A DNA stretch of 63,946 nucleotides, counting the filler, from Octopus bimaculoides (taxonomy: Eukaryota): assembly GCF_001194135.2 (NCBI RefSeq). It is 5 parts of 5 records of this genome, joined end to end, with 100 filler letters (N's around TTAATTAATTAA, not from the genome) between each part and the next. Parts side by side here need not be neighbours in the genome. Positions count along the whole stretch, not along the records: positions 1 to 15,800 come from NC_068999.1; 4 more parts are not named here. One strand, 5' to 3'. Below the pieces are notes generated by a model that had not been told where the DNA came from, did not search any database, and saw only the letters and a list, made by a program, of their open reading frames with translations. Shown here piece after piece: positions 1 through 11,490 of this stretch. Position 1 is the stretch's first letter; each line of letters opens with the position of its first letter. Both the position numbers and the translations under genes were made by a program.

Positions 1-54
1 CATACACACACACACAAACATATATGTGTATATATCTGTATAAATGTGTGTGTG

Positions 55-86
<32 letters not shown>

Positions 87-115
87 CGTGTGTGTGCGTG
101 TGTGTGTGTGCGTGT
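1..115. repeat. (CA)n/(TG)n microsatellite
   Basis: Direct dinucleotide runs. Confidence 0.95.
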
Positions 116-508
116 GCCTGCAACTGTTATTATGCGTAAGTTTGCCAAGAAATACAATAAAAAAAGAGAAAAAAAAGCCCAACATGTCCTTATGTTTGCA
201 GCTTATATCATAATAGCTTCTTGATCGGATTTTTTTCTTTATCTAAACTACGCATGTTCACTTACATGGTTAATGCCCTTCACGAATGTTTGAATGACAC
301 ACACAATCTCATTTGCCACTCCACCGCCTCCCTTCTATCGCGAACCTGATGCTTACATCTACGTCTTCTATGTTCGAAAGAGTTCTTGCGTCGCCGTGGC
401 TGATTGCGACTGAGTGCTGAAGCTACGCAAAAGTGCTAACTGGTCAAATGCCAAAATTCCACGACATACAACCGTGCCTACATGCATACATAAATACATA
501 CATATACA

Positions 509-539
<31 letters not shown>

Positions 540-555
540 GCACACACACACACAC

Positions 556-772
556 TTTTAAACGTTTCAGTCATTTGACTGCGGCCATGCTGGAGCACCG
601 CTTTAAAAGGTCTAAGTCGAGCAAATCGACCCCATGATTTATTCTTTGTAAGCCTAGTACTTATTCCATCGGTCTTTTTGCCGAACCGCAAATTTTCGGG
701 GACATAAACACACCAACATCGGTTGTCAGGCGATGGTGGAGGGGGATAAACACAGACACAAAGACACACACC
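556..772 (-). mobile_element. SINE type A, 3' half
   Basis: Contains CAGTCATTTGACTGCGGCCATGCTGGAGCACC and the rest of the tail also seen at 4700-4905, 38540-38745, 39075-39272, 42244-42376 and 48215-48440. Confidence 0.85.
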
Positions 773-781
773 TCACACATC

Positions 782-1154
782 TTCTCTAACCTACCTCTTC
801 CCTCCTTCAAACGAGCCTATAACCTGCGTGACCTCCTGGTCCACAGTTTCTTCCCTAACCCCACCTCCCAGCCTTGTTTGTTTCCTTGCTCCTACCGACG
901 CTGTCGCACCTGTCTCTACCTCTCGAACACCACCATCCTCACGGGCGCCCATCATCGTCCCTATCACATTACCGACTCCTTTACCTGCACTTCTAGTAAC
1001 GTCATTTACTGCATCTCCTGCTTTCTCTCTCTCTCCTTCTCTCTACATCGGCCAAACGGGACGCTGCTTGGCTGACTGGTTCGAGGAGCACCTCCAAGAT
1101 ATCAAACTCGACAATGACACCCCGGTCTCGCATCATTTCCGATCTACCGGTCAT
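782..1154 (+). mobile_element. Penelope-like retroelement fragment (Cys-rich linker plus GIY-YIG endonuclease), frameshifted
   Basis: Frame from 782 reads FSNLPLPSFKRAYNLRDLLVHS...FPCSYRRCRTC...SFTCTSSNVIYCISC. After a shift in a CT run (1021-1040) it reads LYIGQTGRCLADWFEEHL...PVSHHFRSTGH. The VIY...YIGQT...EH pattern is the PLE GIY-YIG domain; the CxxxRCxxC linker resembles Neptune-group PLEs. Confidence 0.85.
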
Positions 1155-1164
1155 TTGCTACAAC

Positions 1165-1345
1165 ATCTGGTTCATTATGCTCCCTGTTCAAATATCACTG
1201 AGGTCGACTTTGCTTTTCATACTTTCGGGGTCAATGAAATAAATGCCAGTTGAGTACTCTAAGAGTTATGGGCGTTGTCCCTTCCTCAAGTCGACTACAG
1301 GCCTCCTTTCTCAAAATGTCAGGCCTTTTGTCTTTAATAGAAATA
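1165..1345 (+). mobile_element. SINE type B fragment with a 32-nt LINE-tail insertion
   Basis: GAGGTCGACTTTGCTTTTCATACTTTCGGGGTC core typical of type B. 1268-1290 matches the LINE end at 2526-2548 exactly (reverse complement). Confidence 0.7.
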
Positions 1346-1619
1346 TATTTTAAAATCTAAGTGTTTGCTAACTACGACAGAAAATTTAATTCTATTTGAA
1401 CCCATAACTTTTGGTTACGAAACATCATGTCAAATATGGTGAATATAATCAAACTATTATAAGGTATTAATTGACCGTTACCATCAAAATCGTGTACTCT
1501 TGTATGAGTTTTAGCAGTTTATGTCTAAGATAGGGAAGCTACGTTTGTTACTAACGAAATAAGCGGCGAAAATTACTGAATACACCACACAGCAGAGGGC
1601 TGGATGAATTGATTATAAT

Positions 1620-1943
1620 TGGCACTCTGTCGCTTACGACGATGAGGGTTCCAGTTGATCCGATCAACGGAACAGCCTGTTTGTGGAATTAACGTGCAAG
1701 TGGCTGAGCACTCCATAGACACGTGCAACCTTAGTGTAGTTCTCAGGGAGATTCAGCGTGACACAGAGTGTGAGAAGGCTGGTCCTTTGAAATACAGGTA
1801 CTACTCATTTTTGCCAGCTGAGTGGACTGGAGCAATGTGAAATAAAGTGTCTTGCTCAAGGACACAACGCCTCGCCGGGAGTTGAACTCACGACCTTACG
1901 ATCGTGAGCCAAATACCGTAACTACTAAGTTATGCACCTTCAC
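1620..1943 (-). mobile_element. SINE type D: tRNA-like head, CORE-like centre, tail shared with type C
   Basis: Minus strand has a B-box-like GAGTTCAACTCC, then GTGTCCTTGAGCAAGACACTTTATTTCACATTGCTCCAG (CORE-like, from memory), then the same tail as the copies at 25247 and 35683. Confidence 0.8.
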
Positions 1944-2203
1944 GAATTGATAATAAAATGTAAATATGTAGAGTCAAGACGGGGAGCGAGTAAAAGGCAA
2001 AGAAACAGAGAACAGAGAGAGTGGGGGGGGGAGGTGAGAGCGTGAAACGGAGAGAGAGTGTGAAGTAGAGACAGAGACAGACAGAGAGAAAGACAGAGAG
2101 AGAGAGAAAGTAAAACCGAGGAAGAGAGAGGAAGAAGGAGGAAAGGAACATAGATGGACAGAGAATAGACAGAAAGATAGAGATAGAATGGTAGACAGAG
2201 AAG

Positions 2204-2235
<32 letters not shown>

Positions 2236-2504
2236 TTGACTGACAGACGACACAGAAAGAGGAATAGAGGAGAAGGTAAAGTACAACATAAATAAATATA
2301 AAGGCCGTAATTTTCATTTTTCTGTTTTTGGGGGATTTTTTCGTTTTATCGTCTTTTATGTCTGGAGAACAGTGATTTTTTTTTTCCCCCTTCTTAAAAG
2401 AAAATTTTGCCAAAAATGTGAGAGAACGAAACTTGAGTAACAACACTTCAGCTGTCAAAATCGCAATAAATGTTTGGGGAAAAAAATCGCTATTAAATGA
2501 TTGA

Positions 2505-2980
2505 TGTTTTTCTCATTGGTTGATTCTTGAGGAAGGGACAACGCCCATGACCCTTACAGGCCTTTCAAGGTACGTGAAATTGATGCGGTTAATATTCCAT
2601 TTAAACAGCTGTGGTTCAACAACAACAGGAAATACCTGAGAAGGTACAAGATTCCAGAGGGACAATGTTCTAAGGAGGAAGGATTTGGGATAGTTGATAG
2701 TTGTTAGTGTGACAAAAGGGTGATGAAAGTAGGAAAGACGTGTGGGGGAAGAGTATGCCTGACTGGCGGAGGTAAAAGACGAACTAGCTTTGAGGAGCAG
2801 AGGCCATAGGTGACAGAGGTTGGATGATAAGACCGTTGAGTGACGGAATGCCAACAAGCCGGTGGGCCGGCCCTTCTCTAGATATGATCCACGGTGTCAG
2901 TGTGTGTAGCAGCAGTACCGTCTCTGATGTGGGCACAGAACATCATTGAGGGCCTCACTGGAGCCTTGCAGAATGTCAGT
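2505..2980 (-). mobile_element. CR1/L2-group LINE, 3' end of ORF2 plus tail (decayed)
   Basis: Minus-strand LLTFCKAPVRPSMMFCAHI resembles the LLTLYKAQVRP.LEYC..IW motif. HHPF...KSFLLRTLSLWNLVPSQVFP...QLFKWNINR resembles the conserved C-terminus of CR1/L2-type ORF2. Confidence 0.75.
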
Positions 2981-3084
2981 AGGGTGGCTTGTTCTCTTTC
3001 TTTAAAACTGACTTTTCAGATGAAATAATTTTTTTTTTTTTTTTTTCCAGTAGAAGCTTGAACACATCACCATGTTCAAAGAAA

Positions 3085-3260
3085 ATATTGGCTTCGAATT
3101 TTGGCAAAAGGACAGCGTTCAGCTGGTACTTATTATATCGACTCCGAAAAGATGGAAAACAAAGTCGATTTCGTTGGAATTTGAACTCAGAACGTAGTAA
3201 AGCCGGACGAAGTGCCGCTAAGTATTTTGTCCGGTGTGCAAACGATTCTGCCGCCTCGTT
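3085..3260 (-). mobile_element. SINE type B
   Basis: Reverse complement of the type B head and core (GAATCGTTTGCACACCGGACAAAATACTTAGCGGC...GTTCTGAGTTCAAATTCC). Confidence 0.8.
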
Positions 3261-3283
3261 GTCCTATGTCATCATGAAAGTCG

Positions 3284-3293
3284 CGATCATCAT

Positions 3294-3344
<51 letters not shown>

Positions 3345-3430
3345 CAACAACAACAGCAGCAGCAACAAAACTATCACTTCCCCAACTACGTCGTCGTCAT
3401 CATCATCATCATCATCATCATCAACAACAA
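3284..3430. repeat. Compound trinucleotide microsatellite (CAT/CAG/CAA/CGT)
   Basis: Direct inspection. Confidence 0.95.
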
Positions 3431-3673
3431 CACTCACCTACCACTCTTGCAAAAATATGGCAAAGACATTCCAACCGTGACCTTTCTGTCGTCTCATCTA
3501 ATCTACATAAGCCAGCGTGTTCTTACTTTTTTAAGACAGCTAATGCTATGTTTAACAGATCGAGCGACTTCATAGTCTCTCTTCCTTTCTCTTTCTCTCT
3601 CTTCTCTCTCTCTCTCTCTCTCCTGCTCTCTTCCTTTCTTTGGTATCTCTGTGTCTTCGCACCCACTTTTATC

Positions 3674-3871
3674 TTTTACTTGTCTCAGTCATTAGACTGC
3701 GGCCATACTGAAGCACCGCCTTGTATCTAAAATTAAGCGCATATTCTAACGGTGTCTTCTGGTTTTGTTCTGTTCGTAGAAGACACAGGCTCAAAGTACC
3801 ATCAAGTGAGACTGACTGAACCCGGAACCAAGTGTTTCGGAAGCAAAACTTCTTACCACACAGCCACGCCT
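3674..3871 (-). mobile_element. SINE type A, internally deleted (tail 3674-3722, head 3770-3871)
   Basis: Matches the type A tail motif and head motif (GAACCCGGAACC...CTTACCACACAGCCACGCC). Confidence 0.7.
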
Positions 3872-4442
3872 AGTCTAAAACAATTTACTTCGTTAATGCT
3901 CACGGGAAAGGCATTTCAGCCACAGCTTATTATCACTGGCATTTACAATGTTTCCATGTGTCGTAATTTAACGTTGAAGGACCAACACGAACAAACATAG
4001 TTGAAACTTCAAAAGAAATCAAAAACATCTCGGGTTTAATTTCGTTTCATTTTTTTTTTACTTGACAAGTAAATTGATAATCTTAACACAACTACATCTC
4101 AATTTATTTATTTATAACTCATCTTTCTTTCGAGACAGCACAGTTATTCATATTTCTCCAATCGTAGAAATTTTTGCTGTTACAACTATAAGAAAATATA
4201 TCGATGAATTTAAGAGTTTTTCTTTTTCTTCCTCCTCCTTTTTATAATATCACCATTGCGTGATTGGAAGAACGTACGGCAATATCGTTATGAAGCCAGT
4301 TAATGTTATTTTGCTACCTACGTCTGGTCCATTCTGATTCATTAGTTTTCAAATCGTTTCTGGTTAGATTGCAGATCATTTGAATAATATACGCCAGACA
4401 CTCATACATAATACAGCGAAAGAAACAGATTAACTGAAGTTA

Positions 4443-4905
4443 TGGCACAGACATAGTTGTCTGCGCCATAACTGTTTAAGACACTCGCTTTGCAACCACA
4501 TGGTTTCGGTTTCTGTCCCGCTGTGCGGTACCTTGGGCAAGTGTCTTTTACAGTATACTATATAGCCGCGGGCTGACCAATGTCTTGTGAATGAATTTGA
4601 TGGACAGAATTATGTTGTGGAAGCGTGTTGTATATATCTCTATCTATCTGTGTGTATGTGTGTGCTTGTAATGTATGTGTGTGTACGTGTGTATTGATGT
4701 ATTTCTTTGTGTTTGTCTCTCTACTGCTTGATAACCGGCGCTGGTTTGTTTACGTCTGCATAGCTTAACAGTGAGGCAAAATACGAGGGTGGGGTAAGTA
4801 CTAGGCTTGTATCTAAAAACAAGTGCTGGGGTTGATTTGTTCCACTAAAACTCTTGAAAGCTGTGCTCCAGCATGGCCACGATCCAATGACTGGAATTCG
4901 AAAAA
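4443..4905 (+). mobile_element. SINE type A, near full length, with internal TA/TG microsatellite
   Basis: Head (AACCACATGGTTTCGGTTTCTGTCCC...CCTTGGGCAAGTGTC), microsatellite at about 4630-4710, tail ending GGCCACGATCCAATGACTGGAA. Confidence 0.8.
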
Positions 4906-5660
4906 GATAAATATACATTCAGCGCAAGAAAACTCTCCATGAGGTGTTTAAAAATCTAAAAACAACTAGGAAGGGTGTTGTTTTATTTTCCAAACACCGA
5001 CAGAGGGAGGTTTTGTCTATTCATTGAATAGATTATTTCAGTTAATCGAAGCTTTTCAACACATTGTATTAAATGTATCATTTTAGTCCGCCGGAGCGAC
5101 GAGAACCTTCTAGTCAGCCTTATACTTGTCTCATGATTTGCGCGGTGTCGTCAAATTCATTCGCGTGCCGTCAAATTCATTCACTCGTCCGTGACATTCT
5201 CCGCCCAATTGTAAGACCAGATCAAGACGACTGGGGATGGAGACGAACATAGTGGATGACCAAGAGGTCTTAGCGGCCTCATCTTGCTCTTTGCCCTCTA
5301 CAATGCCTTGTCGAAGTCACCTTCCCCTCTGTTTGGATCATGGAGGTTTCTCCCGCAGTGTCCGCCGGATCCAGCCTTCCCATGCATAGGTTGGTAAGTC
5401 CCTAAATATGCTAATTAACCGATAACTGGGACTCTGACATGTGCTATCACTCCATCTTAGGGTAGCTGCACCTGTCAGGGTGGTAATCCCATACTTTCCA
5501 AACTCCTGGAACTCCCGAACCAGGGACGCGCTACGGAATGCAGTTTAAAGTCATATCCAGGACACATTATTAAATATTCATTAGGTAGGGTCTTACCTTA
5601 CATAAATAAGACCCTACAAGTTGTATATAAAGTAGGCAGATGGTAACCTGAGGTACTTAC

Positions 5661-5803
5661 CTTCAGACATAGCGTTGAGCCTTTCATGAAGTTAAAAACG
5701 GTCTAAATTTTAGGAGGATTTTACACTGTTTTATGTTTGTTTTGAGTTTTTCTTTCGTTGATGTAATTTAAGGGTAATGTTTGCCCAGGGTGCATCTAGC
5801 AAT
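5661..5803 (-). other. Candidate exon (UTR plus possible start, MSE...)
   Basis: Acceptor TTTCCCTATTCTCAG and consensus donor CTGAAG|GTAAGT at 5660; ATG at 5670-5668. No homology recognised. Confidence 0.2.
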
Positions 5804-5916
5804 CTGAGAATAGGGAAATTGAAGCCATGTTCCTGCTCTCAACTAGACAATTAAACATCCTGGTTTTAAAAACCAAATGCAAGAGGTGAGCATTTAAAAA
5901 AGAACACGAGAAAGGA

Positions 5917-5917
5917 T

Positions 5918-5954
<37 letters not shown>

Positions 5955-5999
5955 CAGAGCGACAGAGCGACAGACTGATAGACAGACAGACAGACAGAC

Positions 6000-6054
<55 letters not shown>

Positions 6055-6055
6055 A
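5917..6055. repeat. (GATA)n/(GACA)n microsatellite
   Basis: Direct inspection. Confidence 0.95.
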
Positions 6056-6243
6056 CGAGAAGGAGGTTTCCGGTAAATTAATGGTGAAAAAATGAAACCT
6101 TCCAATCACGTTCGCTGAGGGATGCATGCATCAAATATTTTGTATCTGCAGGCGATACGATTTGCCTGTGGAAAAAGTCTTTCTATCTCTGAGAACAGAG
6201 CTTATTGCCCGTAGGAGAAAGAGATAGATAAATAGATAGATAG

Positions 6244-6285
<42 letters not shown>

Positions 6286-7129
6286 GCGAGGGGTGCTAAA
6301 TAGACGTCTGAAGAACTGTGTGCAACATTGGACTATAGTTACGGCTGTCTTTTAGTTCTTCCTTTATTTCTTTCTTCTTTCTGTCTATCTACATTTCCAT
6401 ATCAATTCCTTCTTCTCCTTCCCACTCTTTTCTTTTCTTTTTTTGTCGTCTGGAACCACGTCTGTTATATTACCGCCATTGACGTGTATCTTATGCTAAT
6501 TCAGTGAAGGTACAGTAATAATAAATAATAAAAAAAACACACACTAAACGACATGAAAACAAAAGCCCAAACTAAGTCCATCTCGTTGCTGCAACGGAAT
6601 AAAAGAAAAGAATAACGTCTTAATTTATTCTATTAAATTATTCTATATCTATTTGTTTTTTCACGGAAAAAATGTATCGTATTTGGAATGTGGGAATAAA
6701 GAGACAGAGATAGGGACAGCGAAAAAGAGAAAGAGGGAGGAAGAGAAAGAGAGAGAGAGAGAGAGAGAAGAAGAAAAGGAAGTCGAAGGAGGAAGACGGA
6801 CGCAGTGTGTATGGCAACCATATTAAGTTAGTGTAATTAAAGTCGAGATATTACAGACAGAAAATATTTAAATAAAACCACATTAATGTCTTTTGTTCGA
6901 GTTAAACATTAGCTGGAAATAATTGTAATTTTCGGTTAGGGTGACAGAGTTTTCTTATTCAGGGAAATTATATTTCGCTTCTGCAAGGAACAGTTTGGGG
7001 AAAATGGCTGACATTTTAGTGGAACGGTCTAAATTGTGTATTGTATTAAGTTTCGTACGGTTCCTAGTTCGAGCCACGAAGATGAATTATTTCTCCTTAT
7101 TTTGGTACGATTTAATTAATATCTACAAT

Positions 7130-7563
7130 GTATTGGTTTCAAATTTTGGCACAAAGCCGGCAATTTCGGGGAGAGGTGGGATGGGGGTAAGTCGATTACT
7201 TCAACCTCAGTACTTATTTTATTGACCCCGAAAGGACGCAAGGCAGAGAGGACCCCGGCGAAATTTGAACTTAGAATGTAAAGACGGACGAAATGCTGCT
7301 AAGCATTTCGCCCGACATGCTAACGTTTCTTATTTCTTTATTGCCCACAAGGAGCTAAACATAGAGGGGACAAACAAGGGCAGACAAACGGATTAAGTCG
7401 ATTATATCGACCCCCAGTGTGTAACTGGTACTTATTTAATCGACCCCGGAAGAATGAAAGGCAAAGGCAACCTTGGAGGAATTTGAACTTACAACGTAAA
7501 GGCAGACGAAATACCGCTAAGCATTTCGCCCGGCGTGCTAACGTTTCTGCCAGCTCGCTGCCT
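7130..7563 (-). mobile_element. Head-to-tail pair of type B SINEs with different tails
   Basis: 7331-7563 is a full copy ending GGGCAATAAAGAAATA. It runs directly into AGAAACGTTAGC of a second copy (7130-7330) ending GTGCCAAAATTTGAAACCAAT. Confidence 0.8.
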
Positions 7564-8114
7564 TAAACTGGAGATAGNNNNNNNNNNNNNNNNNNNNNNN
7601 NNNNNNNNNNNNNNNNNNNNNNNNNNNNNNNNNNNNNNNNNNNNNNNNNNNNNNNNNNNNNNNNNNNNNNNNNNNNNNNNNNNNNNNNNNNNNNNNNNNN
7701 NNNNNNNNNNNNNNNNNNNNNNNNNNNNNNNNNNNNNNNNNNNNNNNNNNNNNNNNNNNNNNNNNNNNNNNNNNNNNNNNNNNNNNNNNNNNNNNNNNNN
7801 NNNNNNNNNNNNNNNNNNNNNNNNNNNNNNNNNNNNNNNNNNNNNNNNNNNNNNNNNNNNNNNNNNNNNNNNNNNNNCACACATAAGGATAGACATGTGA
7901 TCTAAGCTCTCTTCTTTGATCCCTTCTCGATCAATACGTCATGGGTCAAACTGGCCTTTCGTCATTGCAAAGCGGGTGGGAAAAAATACCTGTAATACAC
8001 TGAGGCTCGCACATTTATCTGTATATTTTTTATTATCTTTCCATACTTATGTTAAAGTGAAATATATCAGCGTATACACATGAAACTAAATGACGTAATT
8101 CTTTCTATCTGTGC

Positions 8115-8166
<52 letters not shown>

Positions 8167-8703
8167 GTCAATATGTATTTAAAATACAGACATATATGTG
8201 CATGTATTTATACAAGTCTGTGTAAATAAATCTCTCCTCTCTCCATTTCTCCGTCTTTATATATACATAATAACATGTACCCACACATATATATATATAT
8301 ACATATAAGTGCATATATACACATATATTTACATATATATATATATATGTACACATATGAGCTTATTTATCGATGTCTGTCTCTCTACGTACGTATGAAC
8401 ACACACACTTGCACACACACACACATATTATATAATTTATATATATATATACATATATATATACATATATATACACACACACACACACGCATTGTACGTA
8501 TATGAGCGTGTGCTTCAATACAATGTAAATAGGTACAGCCAGTGTTTGTGCATGTATGTGTGTATGTAGGTGTCTAAATACGTATGCGTCAGTCTGTGTG
8601 TACATGTGTGTATGCGTGTGTGGATGTATATGTCTGTATGAGTATGTGTGTGTTGCGTTTGTGTCTTCATGTGCGTGTGTGTGTGCGCGCGTGTGCGCGT
8701 GTG

Positions 8704-8734
<31 letters not shown>

Positions 8735-9320
8735 TGTTTTTGCTGTCCGCTCGAAATAAAACTATTTCTGTTCGCCGAGAGTATTTGTGCCATAATAGAG
8801 ATCGATGAACTTCCTCATGGCGAACGACCGCAGGCGATATGTAACCATTGGCAACGTCAAAACGCTGAAGTCTACCACGAATATCTACATATACATACGC
8901 GCACACACACACACACACACACACGCGCACATACGCACACACGCGCGCGCATTACAGTCATTATGTGTTATGTGTGTTTGTGTGTGTCTATGTCTGCGTA
9001 CCTTTAGGTGTAAGTGTAAAGATTTCCAAATTCGTGTGTGTGTGTATGTGTGTGTTGTGATTGACCCTTATTATAGTCACGATTAGTGCTAGAAATTTAT
9101 AATTGGTATCGAAGTGCTTCACAAATTCCTTATTTACTAAATGTTAGCAGCCGGTTATTGTTATCCAAAGTGATCACACTAAACAGCTTCAACTGTACAT
9201 GCGTGCATATATGTGTGTGTACGTGTGTATATGTATACACACACACATACACACACACATACACATACATACATACATACACACATACATACACATATAC
9301 ATACACACACATACTCGCAA

Positions 9321-9352
<32 letters not shown>

Positions 9353-9439
9353 TGGTAAATTGTCACCATTTTATATTTTTAATTTCGCGCATGCGCTTTG
9401 TTTGTTTTTGATTTTGTCGGCTACATAGTATAGTAGAGT

Positions 9440-9745
9440 CAGTTGGGCAACATCTGTGAGAAAAACAGTACTGTGACGCAATTCACTTTGCTTGAAATTT
9501 GGAGACGACATGTTGTACTGCTTGACATTCGCGCCGGAAGCTCCAATATGAACATTTCAGAGTGTTTGGGTGTTAATCTGAGGACATGTACCGAGAGTGA
9601 TAAAAATCAAACATCCAGTCAACATCATTGTTTGGAGTGATTTCTAGTGACAGCGACGTTATGTCTCCATTTATCTTCCCACGCGGTCTCAGACTCAACA
9701 ATGCCTCAGACTACATCAAGTGCTTAGAGCAGGTAGTGCTACCCT
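9440..9745 (+). mobile_element. Tc1/mariner maT (DD37D-like) transposase fragment with internal deletion
   Basis: N-terminal TQFTLLEIWRRHVVLLDIRAGSSNMNISECLGVNLRT is joined to IKIKHPVNII-FGVISSDSDVMSPFIFPRGLRLN...YIKCLEQVVLPWV. The latter resembles the KHPASVMVFGVVSS.G.VMPP.FF..GL.VN...Y..VL..VV.PW segment of maT transposases. Confidence 0.75.
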
Positions 9746-10701
9746 GGGTCAGAAGGGCGGCTGTATTTGTATGTATGTACGTACGTACGTATGTGCGTAG
9801 GTATGTGTGTATGCATGTATTTGTATGTATGTACGTATGTATGTACGTATGTATGTACGTATGTGCGTTTTCATGTATGTATGTATGTATGTACGAACGT
9901 GCGTACGTATGTACATACATAAGAACGTACGCCCATACATATATACATAAGTGCGTACGCACTTATGTATGTATGTATGTATGTATGCATGTATAGGGCG
10001 TGTTATTTCTTTCTTTCGATCTGACAGCTTGGCTCGCTTCGCAAAATAGATTTCATTAGGAAAAACCCAATATACTCTCGCTTTCTCGTCAGTAATCGTT
10101 TATTGGTATTGTATTTAGACGCCAATTAGAGCGAAGTAGGAATAACTGGTATGCAAATGATATAAGAGGTAATGATAAACGAAGGGACGTATGAAACGAA
10201 ATCTATAAAAAGTGTGAAAACGTTATTCAATAAATTAAGCTATGACAAATCGTAAAGACAAAATGGAAAATGGAGAATTTATAATCAATAAAGAACTTAA
10301 TGACATGACTGAGAGATGCTCTTACGGTTCGTATTGAGCAAGTCGTTGATGAAGTCACACATCTTGCTCAATTATTGATGGCGCTATCACAGTAGAAAGC
10401 TGTTTCATACTGAGTGATATCGAAATATTAGACGTCAGACGCTGGTTTCCGCTTCGCTTCTAGAGTACAATAAACAGCGGCGAAGGAAGCTTTCCCAATA
10501 AATCATTCAACGTAGATTCGTCGATCGATTACTACTAAATCTCACTTAGTGTTCGGGGGATTATGTGTGTATGTACGTGTGTGTTTTTTGTTGTTTTTTT
10601 GCGGTGTTTTTTTTTGTTTTATTTTTTGCTACTATTTTATATATTTTTTTTTCTTTCATCTCAAATTTTCCTGTTTTCTGACTAATTATCGTATAAAACA
10701 G

Positions 10702-10778
10702 CCGATTCACTGCATCTGTCGGATTACTATAGCAAACGTGTTAATTCTAGTTGGGTTCTAGATGAGAGACGGTTTGAA
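10702..10778 (+). CDS. Candidate 77-nt coding exon (phase 1 to 0): DSLHLSDYYSKRVNSSWVLDERRFE
   Basis: Upstream pyrimidine tract, CTGACTAAT branch-like motif, AAACAG acceptor, open frame, GAA|GTAAGT donor. No homology recognised. Confidence 0.3.
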
Positions 10779-11342
10779 GTAAGTTGTAGTAGCTGTGTTG
10801 GAAGCTTTTAAGTGTATCCCAATGAAAACAAATATTAGCCACCATTTTAGATCTGTGAATCACCCCTAATAACGCTCCTTAATTGCACCAGCCAATGAGG
10901 AAGTCGCTAAAACGAGCTGTGAAATCTAGTTCAATTTACACCTTACTGTGTTAGAAAAACAAGGGCACGTAAGATAATGTAGTCCTAGATACACAAAAAG
11001 GCAGATTGTGGATGTGTTGCTTTTAATCTTTTTTTCCGATCTAACAGCTGGTTTTTTTTGTTTTGTTTTTTTCGTAAAGCAGACGTCATTAGAAAAATCA
11101 ATATTTCTGTCTTGACAAATGATTGATTATTGGGATTTTATTAAGAGGTCAACCAGGAATGACAGTATGATGATAAGATAGAAAGCAATGTTTAAATAAA
11201 AAAAAGGGGGTGTTATATCTTGCTCACGATTGGATCCACCTTCGATTATAGATATGTCTGATCAGGAATGATTCTGTGGTTAAATATTAACAGTCAATGA
11301 GAAACGCGAGTTCATAACTTTCCTCACATCTGTTTCACACTT

Positions 11343-11490
11343 GTGAAGGCACATGGCCTCGTGGTAAAGGTGTTGCACTAATTATCGCAAGATCGTGGTT
11401 TCGATCGATACGAGGTGGTGCGTTGCGTTCTTGAACAAAATACTCATGCTGCTTCAATTGACTCAACCTCATGTGAGTAGCCATCGGGTA
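11343..11490 (+). mobile_element. Degenerate type D SINE head plus CORE-like region
   Basis: GTGAAGGCACATGGCCTCGTGGT...GGTTTCGATC...GCGTTGCGTTCTTGAACAAAATACT is similar to the head of the 1620-1943 copy. Confidence 0.55.

Noticed and set aside
3234-3575. Poly-H/poly-Q ORF resembling a transcription factor low-complexity region
   Set aside because: Arises from CAT/CAG/CAA microsatellites next to a SINE; no domain or splice support.
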